DNA from: Octopus vulgaris
Taxonomy: Eukaryota
DNA: 64,000 bases
NCBI GenBank assembly: GCA_951406725.2
Contig: OX597829.1
Location: 52,452,001-52,516,000 of the forward strand
Reading direction: 5' to 3'
This document shows positions 1-13,281 of this stretch, in pieces (the stretch's first letter is position 1; each line of letters opens with the position of its first letter). The notes below the pieces were generated by a model. That model did no database searches. It had not been told where the DNA came from and saw only the letters and a list, made by a program, of their open reading frames with translations. A program made the position numbers and the translations under genes.

Positions 1-151
1 TAATTAAATCACATCAAAAATGAGTTAAATCAATGACAGAAAAGAAAAACAAAAGCTGGGCTATCAACATATATTCATCAGTTAAATTACATCCAGCAGC
101 AATTATTTTATCTTAATCACCAAGTATCTTTTGCTCTTGCCACGGATTGCT

Positions 152-260
152 TTAACCCTTTTGTTACCAACCTGGCTGAAACTGACTCTGGCTCTGAGTA
201 CAAATGTCTTGTTTTCATAAGTTTTGAATTGAAATCTGCCACCAAACCTTAGTCACAATT
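152..260 (+). mobile_element. MITE family D, left half
   Basis: ttaacccttttgttacc...ggctctgagtacaaatgtcttgttttcataag...cttagtcacaatt. Confidence 0.8.
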
Positions 261-417
261 CTGCAAAGCATCCCATCAGGCACTGTAAATGCTTCTGCTT
301 GGAATTCACTATCTTTTTTTCCTATTAAGTATTGCAGAGTTTATCTATAGATTTTAGGCATCTCTGTAATTGAAAGATGTTTGTATCTTGTCTTTATATA
401 CAATATCTTTGTGAATA

Positions 418-577
418 GCGAGCTGGCAGAATTGTTAGCACACCAGGTGGAATGCTTAGTGTTTTGTCTATCCTTATGTTCTGAGTTCAAATTCTGCCGA
501 GATCTACTTTGCTTTTCCTCCTTTTAGAGTTGATAAAATAAGTACCAGTGAAACAGTGGGGGGTCGATGTAATCAAT
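418..577 (+). mobile_element. SINE family A
   Basis: gcgagctggcaga...ttctgagttcaaattc...ctttgc(c)tttc...taagtaccag...ggggtcgat, shared with more than 12 copies in the window. Confidence 0.75.
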
Positions 578-949
578 TTTAATACTCCAAGGTATGAGTG
601 AAAAAGGAAAAACTGCAGCCCTCTGCCAAGCCGTGTTCAACCAGCAAGGCAAAGTAGGATCATGGAAGTAGCATGATCTCTTGGTGGAGAGAACATGGTG
701 AGGCCTTTGTCCTGCAGTGGACTGAATATAAGCAATCCAATCTTTGTGTACAATAAAAGAGGAAGTAACCTAACCAGTTTCATTGTGTGTTAGGATTTCA
801 TCTACAACCATTTATTCTGTTTAACTGTACACTGAGACATGTCTTATAAACCCAATATTTGCATGGGACTAAGTAGATCAGATAGACTGATCTGCACTTG
901 TAACTTTTGATTGGAACAAAGATATTCATGAAGATATTGTATATAGACA

Positions 950-1325
950 CACAACCTTATGGTCTCAAGTTCAGTCCCACTGCACAGCACCATGGTAAAG
1001 TGTCTTCTATTATAATCCCTGGTCAACTAAAGCCTTGTGAATGGATTTGGAGGTGGAAACTGAAAGCAATTTGTCAAACATAATATATGCATATATGTTT
1101 GTGCTTCCTCATCTTGATATAGAATGATACTTGTAAACAAGCGTCACCACCATACGAGTAGTACCACTTATGTCCATTCTTTCATAAAAACCTGTCTGGT
1201 CATGGGAAATATTAGCTTGCTTGGAAACAAGTGAGAAACAACAAGAAGGGCATTTAGCCATTTAGCCAGAAAATCTGCTTCAACAAAGTCTGATTCATGG
1301 AGAAGCGGACATTAAAATGACAATG
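950..1325 (+). mobile_element. SINE family B2 (family B head with family C-type tail)
   Basis: gttcagtcccactgc...gatttgg...aaactgaaag, then ttgcttggaaacaagtgag...aagaagggcat...catggagaagcggacattaaaatga. Confidence 0.7.
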
Positions 1326-1583
1326 TTACTACCACTGCTGCTGCTACTACTACTATTACCACATCAAAAGAATGTAAAAATGAGCAAATGGTTCAAAACT
1401 ATTTGCATTGGTTCTGTTGCTAAACCTCAAATATGACAATCATTTGTTAGGTTTTTACGTTTTTTTTCAATCTGTGATTTGGTTTTAATTCCCTGCTGAA
1501 GTTTTTACACTTCATTTCACACGAGCAGTGATGCTGCTAACAAAAATAAACAATAAAAAAGTCCTTTCTTACTGCTTGAATAA

Positions 1584-1786
1584 CCCTTTCTACTAAAGGC
1601 ATAAGGTCTGAAATTTTGTGGGAGGGCACTAGTTGATTACATCAACCCCGGTGGCACACTGGTACTTAATTTATTGACCCTGAAATGACGAAAGGCAAAG
1701 TTGACCTTGGTGGTATTTGAACTCAGAACATGAAGATGAACAAAACGCTGCTAATCATTTTACTTGGTGTGCTACTGATTGCTGCC
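1584..1786 (-). mobile_element. SINE family A
   Basis: ctggtactta...gaaaggcaaagttgacc...atttgaactcagaac. Confidence 0.75.
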
Positions 1787-3188
1787 TTTTAAATGCTTAA
1801 ATAATGATTCTCGTTATACAAATAGCTGCAATGACATTCCTCTAAAGGGTCTTCTTGATAGGGTACATAAGCATGGAGATAAGGGTATCACTCCATGTCG
1901 ACTTGCTACTTTTCTGCATTGAGAGGTGACAATTCCATTATTATGGATATGTGATTTTCTTCCTGTGCTTTTCTAAGCACAAGATGGATTCTTTAAGCTG
2001 AGCAATTGGCAGGAGACCCAGTGGGTGGATCAAGAATGAGACAGTTGCATAATATCCATAGTCTTGATCACACTTGGGAATCCAGCTTCTGATGGGACTT
2101 TATGGATCAGGTTCCCTATGACCCTGCCAGCAATAGTGAACAGATAAAATGGATAAATAGATGGATTTACATTATCCTAATCTAATTTATTCAAATGGCA
2201 ATTTATTTAAATAATCTTAACCTATCTGAGAAATAAATTCTGTACCTTTTTCGTAATATTTTTCCCTCAGTTCCTTTACAATCAGTTATCTAGCTGATCT
2301 ATTATAGGTTTTGCAGTTGTGACCATCCTGTTTTTTTTTTTAAATTCTGGTATGTCTTTAGCACTACATTTTCAATTTTTTATTAAGTTTATTATTATTA
2401 TTATTATCTTAAGACATTAGGGTTTGGTTTGGAATTTGGTTGTTAATTCTTGCAAGTTGAGCAATTGTGTAGACTTCCACATTAGCTCATCGTACCATTA
2501 TATTCTTCATGGTGCCAAGGGGAGAAAATATGGTTAAAATACTGAAGTCAAGATTTCACATATGTTCTTCATTAATGAATAAAATGCTGCTAATATTCTG
2601 CCTGGCATTTTTGTCATCAGAAATTAACTGTTAAGTTTGATGCAACCAAACAACTCTTCACAGTCCTTTCCCCCCACAGGACTTCTTACATCACTTTCCT
2701 TGGTGAAGTGAAATGAATGAAAATAAAATTAAACAATGACAGAAACATTCCATACCCTCAACTATACAATCCCATCACCTTTTTTGATGGGATGGGCGCA
2801 AGAGCATGATGGGTAAATGAGGTCATTGAATTTGATTTTTGTCATAGGAGGAGGAGGAGGAGGAGGAGGAAACGTGGTTTGGTGGTCATATTGTGTTCTG
2901 ATGAGATGCAGTATTTGGGAAGTGCACACTGATTAGTGTATATGCCTGTGCATTTGTTGGAGGTGGGATCTCAAGAAAAAGAGAAAAAGGAGTGTTGGGA
3001 AGTGAGAGAGAGAGGAATTTTTGTTGGGAAGTAAATGATTACATCAGTCGTTCAGTCGTTACTAAAATGAAAGACTGAAGGATATAATATGGTGACAGTC
3101 AAACATTTATATTTTGTTGAGTGAGCTTTAAGTAAATACCCTTGTGTATGGTCTGCAAGATCTAATTGTTCACAGCTAAAATATTTCC

Positions 3189-3404
3189 TTAAACCCCCTT
3201 GGTACCAACCTGCCCTGAGTTCTGTGATGTAAATTTAATGTTTTAAACTTATCTAAATTTAAACCTTCCCTCAAAACTTTCATGCTAATTTGTTACAAAC
3301 ACCAGATTATTGACAAAATGACTTTACTAAGTTTTTCATTATTTTCAAAATGAATCGAAAGAAAGACAAGTATTCCAACAGAAGTATGGTAACAAAAGGG
3401 TTAA
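3189..3404 (+). mobile_element. MITE family D, older subfamily
   Basis: ttaaaccccctt ... ggtaacaaaagggttaa. Confidence 0.7.
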
Positions 3405-3538
3405 TGAGGAACCCCAGTTTTCATAGTGATTTCCTGAAAATAAGGACTTGTTGTTAAGTAGTTTTGACTTGGAGGTTGCTAGTAAAAAAAAAATGACTTT
3501 GTTTCTTTGTGGTTATGATTAGTTATATTTCACAATTT

Positions 3539-3851
3539 GTGGAGGTGCAATGACCCAGTGGTTAGGGCAGCGGACTCGCGGTTGTAGGATCGCGGTGCGA
3601 TTCCCAGACTGGGCGTTGTGAGTGTTTATTGAACAAAAATACCTAAGGCTCCACAAGGCTCCAGCGGTGGGTTGGGATGGTGATCCCTGCTGTACTCTTT
3701 CGCCACAACTTTCTCTCACTTTTTCCTCTGTTGGCCTGCTTGCTTAGCCAGCGGGGTGGCGTCATTTGAAGGCTAAAACAATGCGAAGCGCATTGTGACC
3801 AGTGATGTGTAGCAACATCTGATAGCCTGGTCGGTCACAGTGATCATGGTG
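3539..3851 (+). mobile_element. Full-length tRNA-derived SINE with 14-bp TSD
   Basis: Pol III A-box tgacccagtggttagg and B-box-like ggtgcgattccc; TSD atatttcacaattt at 3525-3538 and 3852-3865; CpG-rich, so relatively young. Confidence 0.85.
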
Positions 3852-5348
3852 ATATTTCACAATTTAAAAGATAGTCTGTGGAAAAATTTTAGCATTGATC
3901 AATGGAAAGGGCTAAGCTGTTATATCCCACTGACTTGGGGTTTTTGGGAAAGGGTTCCTGGTTGTAATTATTTTAAACATCTTTAAAAAAATCGGGTTCA
4001 TTGGAACAAGGGGAGCTGTTTCCCTTATTGCAATTTGTCAGTGCTAATGTGATGAGTATGTTAGACATTAAATATTTGATATGGTTAATTGATGTTTCAT
4101 ATTTAATATTGTTTGACATTATTACTATTTTTGTAATTTCATAATTTCTCATTACTAGAAGAAAGCAAAGGTTTTTTTTTTCCCCTTTGTGAAGAAGAAA
4201 GCAGGAATTAAATGGGGAGGCGTATCCAATATTTCTGGTGGACAGCTTGCAGTGGAAAAGAGAGTAGAATGAAAAGAGATGAAGAGAGAGAGAGAGAATT
4301 CACCATTAAGGATTAATTGTACACAGAGATTAGAGATGGGAAATTCATTAAGTCTCAAACTGATCCCTCCCCACCACTACACCTTCCTTCTCTTCTATCT
4401 TTGATCCTCCAATAAGCAGCGGCTATCATGCTTTTATTTTTATTTTTTTAATTTTAATTTTATTTTTGAATCATCTGGTAGTACTTTGATTATATCTTTT
4501 TAGATTTTTGAAATGTCAATATCATTGAGTAATATAATAATAATGATAATAATAATAATAATATTAATAAGTAGCATTATACACAAGTAACCAGACTAGT
4601 ACATTTTTGTCTTGAGTTGATGTTGGTTCATAACTAAGCAACTAAAGACAGCCTAGTAACAACAATTAATCCACTACCAATAAGAGTATCGATGCATCTG
4701 GAAGCTGCTTTGTTTTATAGTCACTTTATTACCTTTTTGGAGTAAGCCTTTTGTCTAAATTTCTTCATTTGTTTGAATGCAGTTATTAAAACGAACAATG
4801 AATGATATCAGCCTTTGTTCCCTTTTACTGGTTACAATGTATTATTGTCTCTCATTCGGCTCATCATATATTTAATTAAGATTATGCGAAAGTACTGGTT
4901 TTGATTTTGAGATGTGGTTTATTCAGCGAGACAAATTTCTTTTTCATTACACACAAACACACTCTCTCTCTCTCATATCACACAGATTATTTTGGTGTTA
5001 GATATAATTGCCTATGGCTAAATTATTCATATAATATCATAAGAAACTAAATGTTTACTGCTGATTTAATTAGTAAATTTTTTAATAAGATATTTCTAAT
5101 ATTAGACAGATGGAATTTTTAACCATTTTATTAAAATGGTAGTATTCAGGGCCTGTGTTTCACTGCTGTAAATCATTACTGGTGGTATGTACTTGTTGAA
5201 AATCTTTTAATTTTCATGACGGCCTTGGGATTTCTCATATGTGGTTTTCTACCTTCCCAAAAGCTACCCAATCAACCATTCTTTGGCTCTTGACCTCTGG
5301 GAGGAGATTTCTGTCTTTTGTCACCATTTTTTCCCCCAAGTAAACATA

Positions 5349-5680
5349 GCCCTCATTGTAGCCCATTGGAAAATGGAACGAGTTGTGCTCAGTACCACAT
5401 TGTAGGATAAAGAAACCAATGCTTGGATTCGACAGTATGAGTCAGTGAAATCATGAGAGGAAAACAAATATAGATGGGCTGGACATGTCATGTGATTGAA
5501 GGACAACAGCTGGACAATCAAAGTGATAGTGGACGCTAGGACAATGGACAAGATCAAGAGACTGACCAAAGACAAAATGGTGAGATGATCTCACCTGGGA
5601 CCTACACTGGCCATGACTTGCTAAAGACAGACAGCAGTGGAAGGAGCTCAGAAAAGGGCACCTTTTTCAGGAGATGGAAA
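5349..5680 (+). pseudogene. RTE-clade LINE ORF2 C-terminal remnant
   Basis: Translates with stops/frameshifts as KMERVVLSTTL*DKETNAWIRQ...KYRWAGHVM*LKDNSWTIKV...PKTKW*DDL, matching the RTE WAGHV..R..RW motif. Confidence 0.8.
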
Positions 5681-6330
5681 TAGAAATTAAATTGATTCTA
5701 AATGTTAGTTTTCTCTTTGGTGTCTGAGTAATTTTCCTAAACAACTTTTGAATATTGGGATTATCAATTATTTTTCTTTTGAATCTATTGAAACGAATGC
5801 CCTTCATAATATGTCTCAATGAAGTTTTTCATAAATTATTTCAGAAAACCAGTACTTCTAGTTAAATGTTTTTAAAAAAATAGGAAAAAAAAAAACAATA
5901 GAAAATTGATATTTTGTTTTGGGTTAAATAATGCTTGGAGTACTTTGTGAAAATCATTTTGTGAGAATGTTTGAAATTCTAACAAATATAACTGATCTTT
6001 CCTTGTTTTGGTAGCTCTTGCCACACAACTCCATTAATACAATGGAGTTTTTATTCTATTTTATTATTTAAAAATAATTTTTTTTTATTACTAATGTCCT
6101 AATATAAACATTGTATTGTCATTGGGTAGGAAATTTAAATTATTCTGCAGCCTAGTTTATGACAATTGTATTCGTTGTTCTTGTTGCTTAACCCAAGGTC
6201 AGATCTGATTGAGTAGGCTTATGCTAAAAGGCATTCCAGTCATGACATCCTATCTTATTTTTGTATTACATTATCCTATATGACCTTTCTGCTTTAAGGT
6301 GATAAAATGGAATCTCTATTACTATATTTA

Positions 6331-6957
6331 GGCACAGGCGTGGCTTTGTGGGTAAGAAGTTTATTTCTCAACTATAACATCTTGGGCAAATGGCTTCTAC
6401 TATACGCCTGGGTCAGTCAAAGGCTTGTGAGTAGATTTGGTCAGCAGAAACTGAAAGAAACCTGCCTGTCATATATATATGTGTGTGTGTGTTTTCTTGT
6501 CTTGATATCACATGATGGTTGTAAATGAGCATCCTTGTCATAGAAGCAGGATAGTTTGTTTCCACTCTTCTGTGAAAACTTATTTGGCCAAAGAGAAATA
6601 TTACTTTGTTTGGAAGCAAGTGAGGATTGATGACAAGAAAGGCATCTGGCTGTGGAAAGTCTATTTCTTTACTACCCTCAAGGGGCTAAACACAGAGAGG
6701 ACAAACAAGGACAGACAAACGGATTAAGTCGATTATATCGACCTCAGTGCGTAACTGGTACTTTTTTAATCGACCCCGAAAGGATGAAAGGCAAAGTCGA
6801 CCTCGGTGGAATTTGAACTCAGAACATAACGGCAGATGAAATACGGCTACGCATTTTGCCCGGCATGCTAACGTTTCTGCCAGCTCGCCCTGCCATAACA
6901 AACTGTTTGACTTGTGCAAACATGGAAAAGTGGTTGTTAAATGATGATAATGTTGAT
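6331..6957 (+). mobile_element. SINE family B2, interrupted by the family A SINE at 6661-6889
   Basis: B head at 6331; C-type tail ggcatctggctgtggaaa...catggaaaagtggttgttaaatgatgat split by the insertion. Confidence 0.75.
6661..6889 (-). mobile_element. SINE family A, young full-length copy nested in a family B2 SINE
   Basis: Head (ctgccagctcgcc) to tail (tatttctttactac) complete; host sequence resumes at ~6890. Confidence 0.88.
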
Positions 6958-7579
6958 AAAATGATTCTAGCATGTGAAGTAGCCAATTAAACTCCTTTGA
7001 TGGCAGTTGAATATATTAGATTTTGCTTTTCTTTTTTTAATTTTTTTACACTAAATAACTTCAGCAAAGCTTAAAATGGCATTTTGACACCCTGGTAACC
7101 TAGAATCACCATGGAAATAAACAGTCTGTATAAACCAGACTGATATAAACTATATTGACTCTGATTAGATTAGAATATATATTACAATTAAGGTAGTATT
7201 TTATGGTTCTTTCATGTTTTCATTTACTCTTTGCTCACTTTTGGTTTTTAAAGAATATACACATGCCTTTGATTAGTCTCACAGCATATTTTTAAATATT
7301 CTCATTGTCTATTTTGGTTACTTATTTGAACACTAAAATTAAGTCCCTTCAGTAATTAATGAGTGATTATTTGTTAAATACCCACCATCAATTTTTTGCT
7401 TTCAAATATATATTTCTTATCATGCTGAAAAGGACAATCTTCTTTCTGTTTTATAGAATTTTGACACCAGGAAATACATAGTTTTTGCTTTTGGCTGCAA
7501 ACAATTACTAGACTTTGGCATTTTAATGCCTTTATTTGATGTATTTATTATCATTTAATTTTTTTTTGCTTCTCAACAG

Positions 7580-7615
7580 ATATCCTTACCATTATTTGAA
7601 AATATGGATAGCTGG
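7580..7615 (+). CDS. Candidate upstream start-codon exon (5'UTR + ATG GAT AGC TGG) for the CEP170-like gene
   Basis: Good acceptor tttttttgcttctcaacag|, ATG at 7604, possible phase-0 donors TGG|gtcagt (7615/7616) or AGA|gtaatg (7624/7625), both in frame with the 13282 exon. No homology support. Confidence 0.25.
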
Positions 7616-7819
7616 GTCAGTAGAGTAATGGATGACCCAGCATGTCTAGCTGTAGGAGATAATTCAGGACATAAACATATTCTATAAAAGAGAGACTGCA
7701 TAATGAATTGCTGTTTTGTTAGGATGCAGCACTGAGTTCAACTCTTGTGAGTTTAATTTTTGTGGCTTGTGGGCTTTTCCAGGTTGTCTCTGTCAGAATA
7801 CACTGCATGGAAATAGCTT

Positions 7820-8028
7820 CAACCTCTTTTGTTAGTCTACTTCTGTTTTAATTAATTTTGAGAGTAATGAGGGATTTAGTAAAATAACATTGTCGTATTT
7901 AACCTGGTGTTTGGAATATAAACTTACATGAAATTTTGATGAAAGGTTTCAATTTAGATCACTTAAAATAGGAAATTTGTATCACAGGACCAAGGGTGGT
8001 CTTAGGCAAGTTAATGTCAAAAGGGTTG
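7820..8028 (-). mobile_element. MITE family D, older subfamily
   Basis: tttagtaaaataac...aaattttgatgaaagg...tcaaaagggtt. Confidence 0.6.
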
Positions 8029-8258
8029 CTTAAAGGAATTATGGAACTTACTAGATTACTTGCATAATAAAACTATTATAGAATAAAAGACAAAATATTT
8101 CACCAGGTCTTTGTTCTTAACTATAGTTTTGCATTACTGGTGTCTTGAATCTCATCATTATCATTTGAACGTGTTCCTGCTCAAGATGTTTCAATTTCAT
8201 TGACTTAGGACCAGCTAGCTTTAATTTGTTGAATCATGTTGATTTGGCACAATCTACA

Positions 8259-8462
8259 TTAACCCATTAGCATTTAAACCAGCCATACCTGACCCAAATA
8301 TTATACCTAGTTTATGTTCAAACTGGTCAGATCCAGCCTCTCACATCTACCCTTCAATGTCATTCTGAAAACAATCACATCGTTGAAATCTCAAAGCTAC
8401 ATGATAATGCATGATTAATGGAAAATTATGTGAATAGATAAGCATTATATTGACAGTAATAC
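8259..8462 (+). mobile_element. TTAA-flanked piggyBac-like MITE family E
   Basis: ttaacccattagcatttaaacc...aatgtcattct...gaaatctcaaagctac. Confidence 0.75.
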
Positions 8463-8499
8463 TGTTTTAGAATAACATTGTTCTCGTAGCCAGTGAATG

Positions 8500-8815
8500 A
8501 GAGCTTTTAATCTTTGTTCTGGTATGATTTCCACCAAATGGTCTTGTGTTGGCTCTCTTAAGAATATCTTCATTGGTTATTTGGTCTTACCAGTGTGTTC
8601 TGAGAATCCTTCTCAAGCATCTTTGGTGGAACACATCTAGCTTTCTGTTGATTTCCATGGTGCTCTTCCATGTCTCCCTGGCATAGAGAAATGTGTTGGT
8701 AGAAGTATGCTATTACAGAGCTGGATATTTTGTGTATAGGCTGATAGTGTTCAAGGATAGGATGCATTCTCTAGAATGCAGCTTTGCCAACTCTATTGTT
8801 GATGTCAGTTGTGAT
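8500..8815 (-). pseudogene. RTE-like LINE reverse transcriptase C-terminal remnant
   Basis: DINNRVGKAAF*RMHPI...WKSTMEINRKLDVFHQRCLRRILRTHW*DQITNEDILKRA. Confidence 0.82.
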
Positions 8816-8857
8816 TATATGCTAAAAGTTGAAATAAAAGTTAAAAAATTCACAGAA

Positions 8858-9069
8858 CTCTCTCTTTTACTCTTTTACTTGTTTCAGTCATTTGACTGCG
8901 GCCATGCTGGAGCACCGCCTTTAGTTGAGGAAATCAACCCCAGGACTTATTCTTTGTAAGCCTAGTACTTATTCTATTGGTCTCTTTTGCCGAACCGCTA
9001 AGTTACGGGGACGTAAACACACCACCATCGGTTGTCAAACGATGTTGGGGGACAAACACAGACACACAA

Positions 9070-9122
<53 letters not shown>

Positions 9123-9287
9123 TACGACATGCTTCTTTCAGTTTCCGTCTACCAAATCCACTCACAAGGGTTTGGTCGGCCTGAGGCTATAGAAGAAGAC
9201 ACTTGCCCAAGGTGCCATGTAGTGGGACTGAACCCAGAACCATGTGGTTGGTAAGCAAGCTACTTACCACACAGCCACTCCTGCGCC
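8858..9287 (-). mobile_element. SINE family B, full length (tRNA head, CORE-like box, internal TA/CA microsatellite)
   Basis: Reverse complement: ggcgcaggagtggctgtgtggtaag...gggttcagtccc...ccttgggcaagtgtcttct...tail gtaaaagagtaaaagag. Resembles octopus OR2-type CORE-SINEs (from memory). Confidence 0.88.
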
Positions 9288-9892
9288 TATAAATAAAATT
9301 TGCATTTTTAATAAAAGCTAATAAATAGAAGATCAATTACTAATCATTTAGTAAGACTATGATGTCAGCAATATGTGAAGGGTGAGAAATACAAGATAAA
9401 CCATTTAAAGATGTTATGGAATGGTACAATCCTAATTAACGACCACTTATTACATGTTTTTGATTTTGTTTTCATTTAGCTTCGACACTTTTTTGACACC
9501 TTTCAACTTTTTTGTGTTTTTTATTTTTGTACTGATGTATGTTTACCAAAACAAACACACATCACATGTGACCTTGTCATTTGGTTTTGACTTGCTTCAG
9601 TCACTTTGATTGAAATGCTTATCATTGATTAGCTGTCTGTTCTCAAGTTCAAATCCCATTTCTTCAACTTTGCCACAGGAGTTAATAAGTATTAAGACTG
9701 ATTCAATTATCTCTAACCCTTCCCCTATCCTTTAAATTTCTGGTTTTGTACAGTGTGAGAAATCAGATATATTGGTCTTTTTTCTTTTCTTTTCTTTTCT
9801 TTTCTTTTTATTGAATTCTTTTTTACTTCACCAGTGTAAATGATATTCTTCTGTGTTTTTATCTGAGCAACAGTTATTTTTTTCCACTTCAG

Positions 9893-10390
9893 AAGGAACG
9901 CCACTAAGCATTTTGTCCATTTTTGTCCATTTTTCCAGTATTTTCTCCATTTTTCCAGCTTGCCGCCTTGATCTTGATAATGATCCTTTCTATTGTAGGC
10001 ACAATTGAAATTTTAGAGGAGGGAACTAGACCCACCTTCAACTGGTCCTTATTTTCTTGACCTCAAAAGGATGTAAGGCAAAGTCAACTGTGGTTTAGGA
10101 ATTTGATCTCAAATCATAATAAAGACAAGAAGAGATGCCGCTTAGCATTTTTGTCTGGTGCGGTAACAAATCTGGCAGTTTTCCACCTTGCTGATAATGG
10201 TAATAATGGTCTTAAACTTTAGCATAAGGCCCACAATTTTAAGTAGAGGGAGCTTGTTGGTTACATTGACTTCAGTACTTGATTGGTACTTTATTTTATT
10301 GACTCTGAAAAGATGAAAGGTAAAGTTGATCTCAGGGGTATTTGAATGCGGAACATAAAAAGCTGGAAGAAATTCTGCTGGGCATTTTGC
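9893..10390 (-). mobile_element. Cluster of about three degraded family A SINEs
   Basis: Repeated aggcaaagt...atttga..., ttagcatttt and tgccgcc head motifs. Confidence 0.65.
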
Positions 10391-10624
10391 TTGGCATTTC
10401 AATGATTCTGTGAGGGTAACATCAAATGATTCTATTTGATAAGTTTGTGGTTTAATTTTATCTATTTTTTGTTATGGAATCACAAGTTGTATAGTAATTA
10501 AAATGACTCACTGCCAGCTACTTTTCTCTTAATCATCCATCATCATCATCATGTGTCTGTTTCCCATGCTGATATGAAAACTTCATTATCTTAAAAGAAG
10601 ATAAGAAGACACTTTTTTTTATTT

Positions 10625-10795
10625 TTATCTTTTACTTTTTTTTACTTGTTTCAGTCATTGCACTGCAGCCATGCTGGAGCACCACTTTGAAGGGTTTAGT
10701 CAAAACAAATTGAAGCCCAGTACTTATTCTATTGGTCTCCCTTTGCTGAACTATTAACTTATGGAAATGCAAACAAACCACCACTGGTTGTCACA
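10625..10795 (-). mobile_element. SINE family B 3' fragment followed by a CA/CTCA tract
   Basis: ttacttgtttcagtcatt...ccatgctggagcacc...ctggttgtca. Confidence 0.7.
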
Positions 10796-10808
10796 CACAC
10801 TCACTCAT

Positions 10809-10840
<32 letters not shown>

Positions 10841-11014
10841 TCACTCACTCACTCACTCTCATTCACACACTCACTCACATCACACTCCCTCGCATCACTC
10901 ACACACACACACACACACTTGCATCTCTCTCTAAAATAAAGACCAGAATTTATGGTGTTACTTTCACATCTGTCATTACAATTGTTTCCTTACACAAGAG
11001 AAATACATGCAATT

Positions 11015-11183
11015 AATTGCTACCCAGAATACACTCATTATCTTATAGCTTCAAAATTTTCATATGATTGTAAATTTTTAGAATGACATTGTAGGGGAGG
11101 TATGAGAGGCCAGATCTGGCTGGTTTGGGTATAAAACAAACTGTCTGAGCCAGATGTGGCTTGTTTAAATGCTCAAGGGTTAA
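11015..11183 (-). mobile_element. MITE family E (partial)
   Basis: agaatgacattgtagg...gtttaaatgctcaagggttaa. Confidence 0.7.
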
Positions 11184-11502
11184 ATCTTTCATGGCCATGT
11201 TCCACAACAGCTGCATTCCAATGACCGAAGCAAATCAAATAGTTTGACAATGGAGGAAATATTTTGTAGCTAACAATGATTCAAAGCTTTTCAATGAAAA
11301 TTAAAAGTAGTCGCAAAAATGAAATATGAGACCATACTCTGGGACATGTCAATTAATAACTGATGGAAACCATTTAAGCAAACCATCCAGACGTTGTCAA
11401 AGGGACTTCAGGAGAAGACATATCACTTAATGTAATCAATTCCATCAGTTACTGTACATCTGTTCAAGACATCCTGGACATGGCAGCCTCCTTCAAATTT
11501 AT

Positions 11503-11926
11503 AGGTGCTTGTTATGGCTGTGTGGTAAGGAGCTTGCTTCCCAGCCACATTGTTCCCGGTTCAGTTCCACTGCATGTCCCCATGAGCAAGTGTCCTCTAC
11601 TATAACCTTGGGTTGACCAAAGCTTTATGAGTGGATTTGGTAGACAGAATCTGAAAGAAGCCTGTTGTGTATATATACATATGTGTGTGTGTGTGGGTGT
11701 GTGTGTGCATGCATGTCTTTGTGTGTGGTATTGTCCTTTATTTCTGCTTGACAATTGGTGTTGGTGTGTTTATATCCCTGTAACTTAGCAGTTTGGTAAA
11801 AAGAGATTGATAAAACAAATATCCAACTTAAAACGAATACTGAACTCGATTTGTTTGACTGAGATTCTTCAAAGCAGTGCTCCAGCATGGCGGCAGTCTA
11901 TTGAACGAAACAAGTAAAAGATAAAA
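11503..11926 (+). mobile_element. SINE family B
   Basis: tggctgtgtggtaag...ggttcagttccactgc...gctccagcatggc...acaagtaaaag. Confidence 0.85.
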
Positions 11927-12290
11927 CCTAAGATTTACATTTCATTGACTTAGGCCAGTTTGCCATAAATTGGTACCATGCTGGTTAGTCATTGGATTGC
12001 ACTCATGCAAGGATGTTTGTTGTCTTTCAAGACTTTTACTAAATTGTATCAGCACAAGTATTTTGTGTGACCCTAAAGAGAAGGAAAAGGGAAGTTGACC
12101 CTGGTGGAATATGAACTCAGATAATAAAAGAAAGAAACCAGTACCTCCAGTCATTCTTTCCTGATGTTCTGCCAATCCTCTGATTTATTCTTGAAAGTAT
12201 TAATTAAACTTACGCTTTTACTGTTAGTGCTAAAGGACTTTATTTTCTTAATGAGATGGTAATTAATATATTTAACGTAGAGAAGATGGC

Positions 12291-12520
12291 TTAACTCTTT
12301 AGCGTTCAGATTATACTGTCAAATCTAATGCTTATTTATTCTCATAGCTTTGAGTTAATCATGGATTATCTCATAGCTTTGAGATTTCAATGATATGGTT
12401 GAATATTTTTATAATGACATTGTTGGGTAGGTGTGATAAGCTGGACCTGGTTGGTTTGAATATAAAACAGAAGGAATATTTTTTGGTTGGATATGGCTGG
12501 TTTAAATTCTAAAGAATTAA
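12291..12520 (-). mobile_element. MITE family E
   Basis: ttaactctttagcgttc ... tttaaattctaaagaattaa. Confidence 0.75.
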
Positions 12521-12755
12521 TATGTTTGTGTGGTCTGGTTAGTTTTGAGAAATTAACTTTTAAGAATTTGTGTGAGAACGTGAGGGAGTCGAGATGGAGG
12601 GCAGTGGGAAGGGGTGGATGTACAGAGGTAAAGAAATGATGGCAGGGTGGAGGGGTAGAGAGTGAGATGTTTTAATATATTGGAAAACTGTATGACACAC
12701 ATCATAAGATTTGAACTTATGGACCATGTAATTAGTAATATACACTACCTTCATG

Positions 12756-13183
12756 CAGTACTGGATTAACCATTAAGCAAAATAAGCACATGCTTAGGGA
12801 ATCAAAGGAAGGAGGGGGCACCACAGAAATGATAAATGGTTTACAGCACAAAAGAAATCCCTTTAAACTTGCTGAAATAATATTCGGGATTCCTTTATCT
12901 CTACTAAATAATAGATGCAGGTGTTTTACCTGAGATTAATTTTTAGGATCTGATCAAAGACTTTGCAATTCAAAAAAGTAAGAGGAAACCTATCAAATAT
13001 AAATATAGTAAAAGTATACAAAAATAAACATTATTTTCCCTCTTACTTTTTTGTTTTGTTTTGAAAAATAAAAAATTTATTTTATACTTTGTTATTGTTT
13101 ATATTTTGAATTACATAAAAGACTTTGGTACCCCCATAAAAGATCAAGTGCTTAGGGTCTCGATGGGTCTTTATCCGGCCCTG
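12756..13183. mobile_element. Non-autonomous hAT DNA transposon with 8-bp TSD
   Basis: Ends cagtactggatta / ttatccggccctg (imperfect TIR); TSD ccttcatg at 12748-12755 and 13184-13191; subterminal tgcttaggg at both ends. Confidence 0.85.
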
Positions 13184-13281
13184 CCTTCATGTCTTGGCCG
13201 TTGTACCTCATGAAAATATGTATAATATAGTCTATGGCATATATATTATTTATACAGTATATATTTTTTTTGTTTTCCTAG

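Noticed and set aside
3541-3615. tRNA-like sequence
   Set aside because: It is the head of a TSD-flanked SINE; the acceptor stem and B-box are degenerate.
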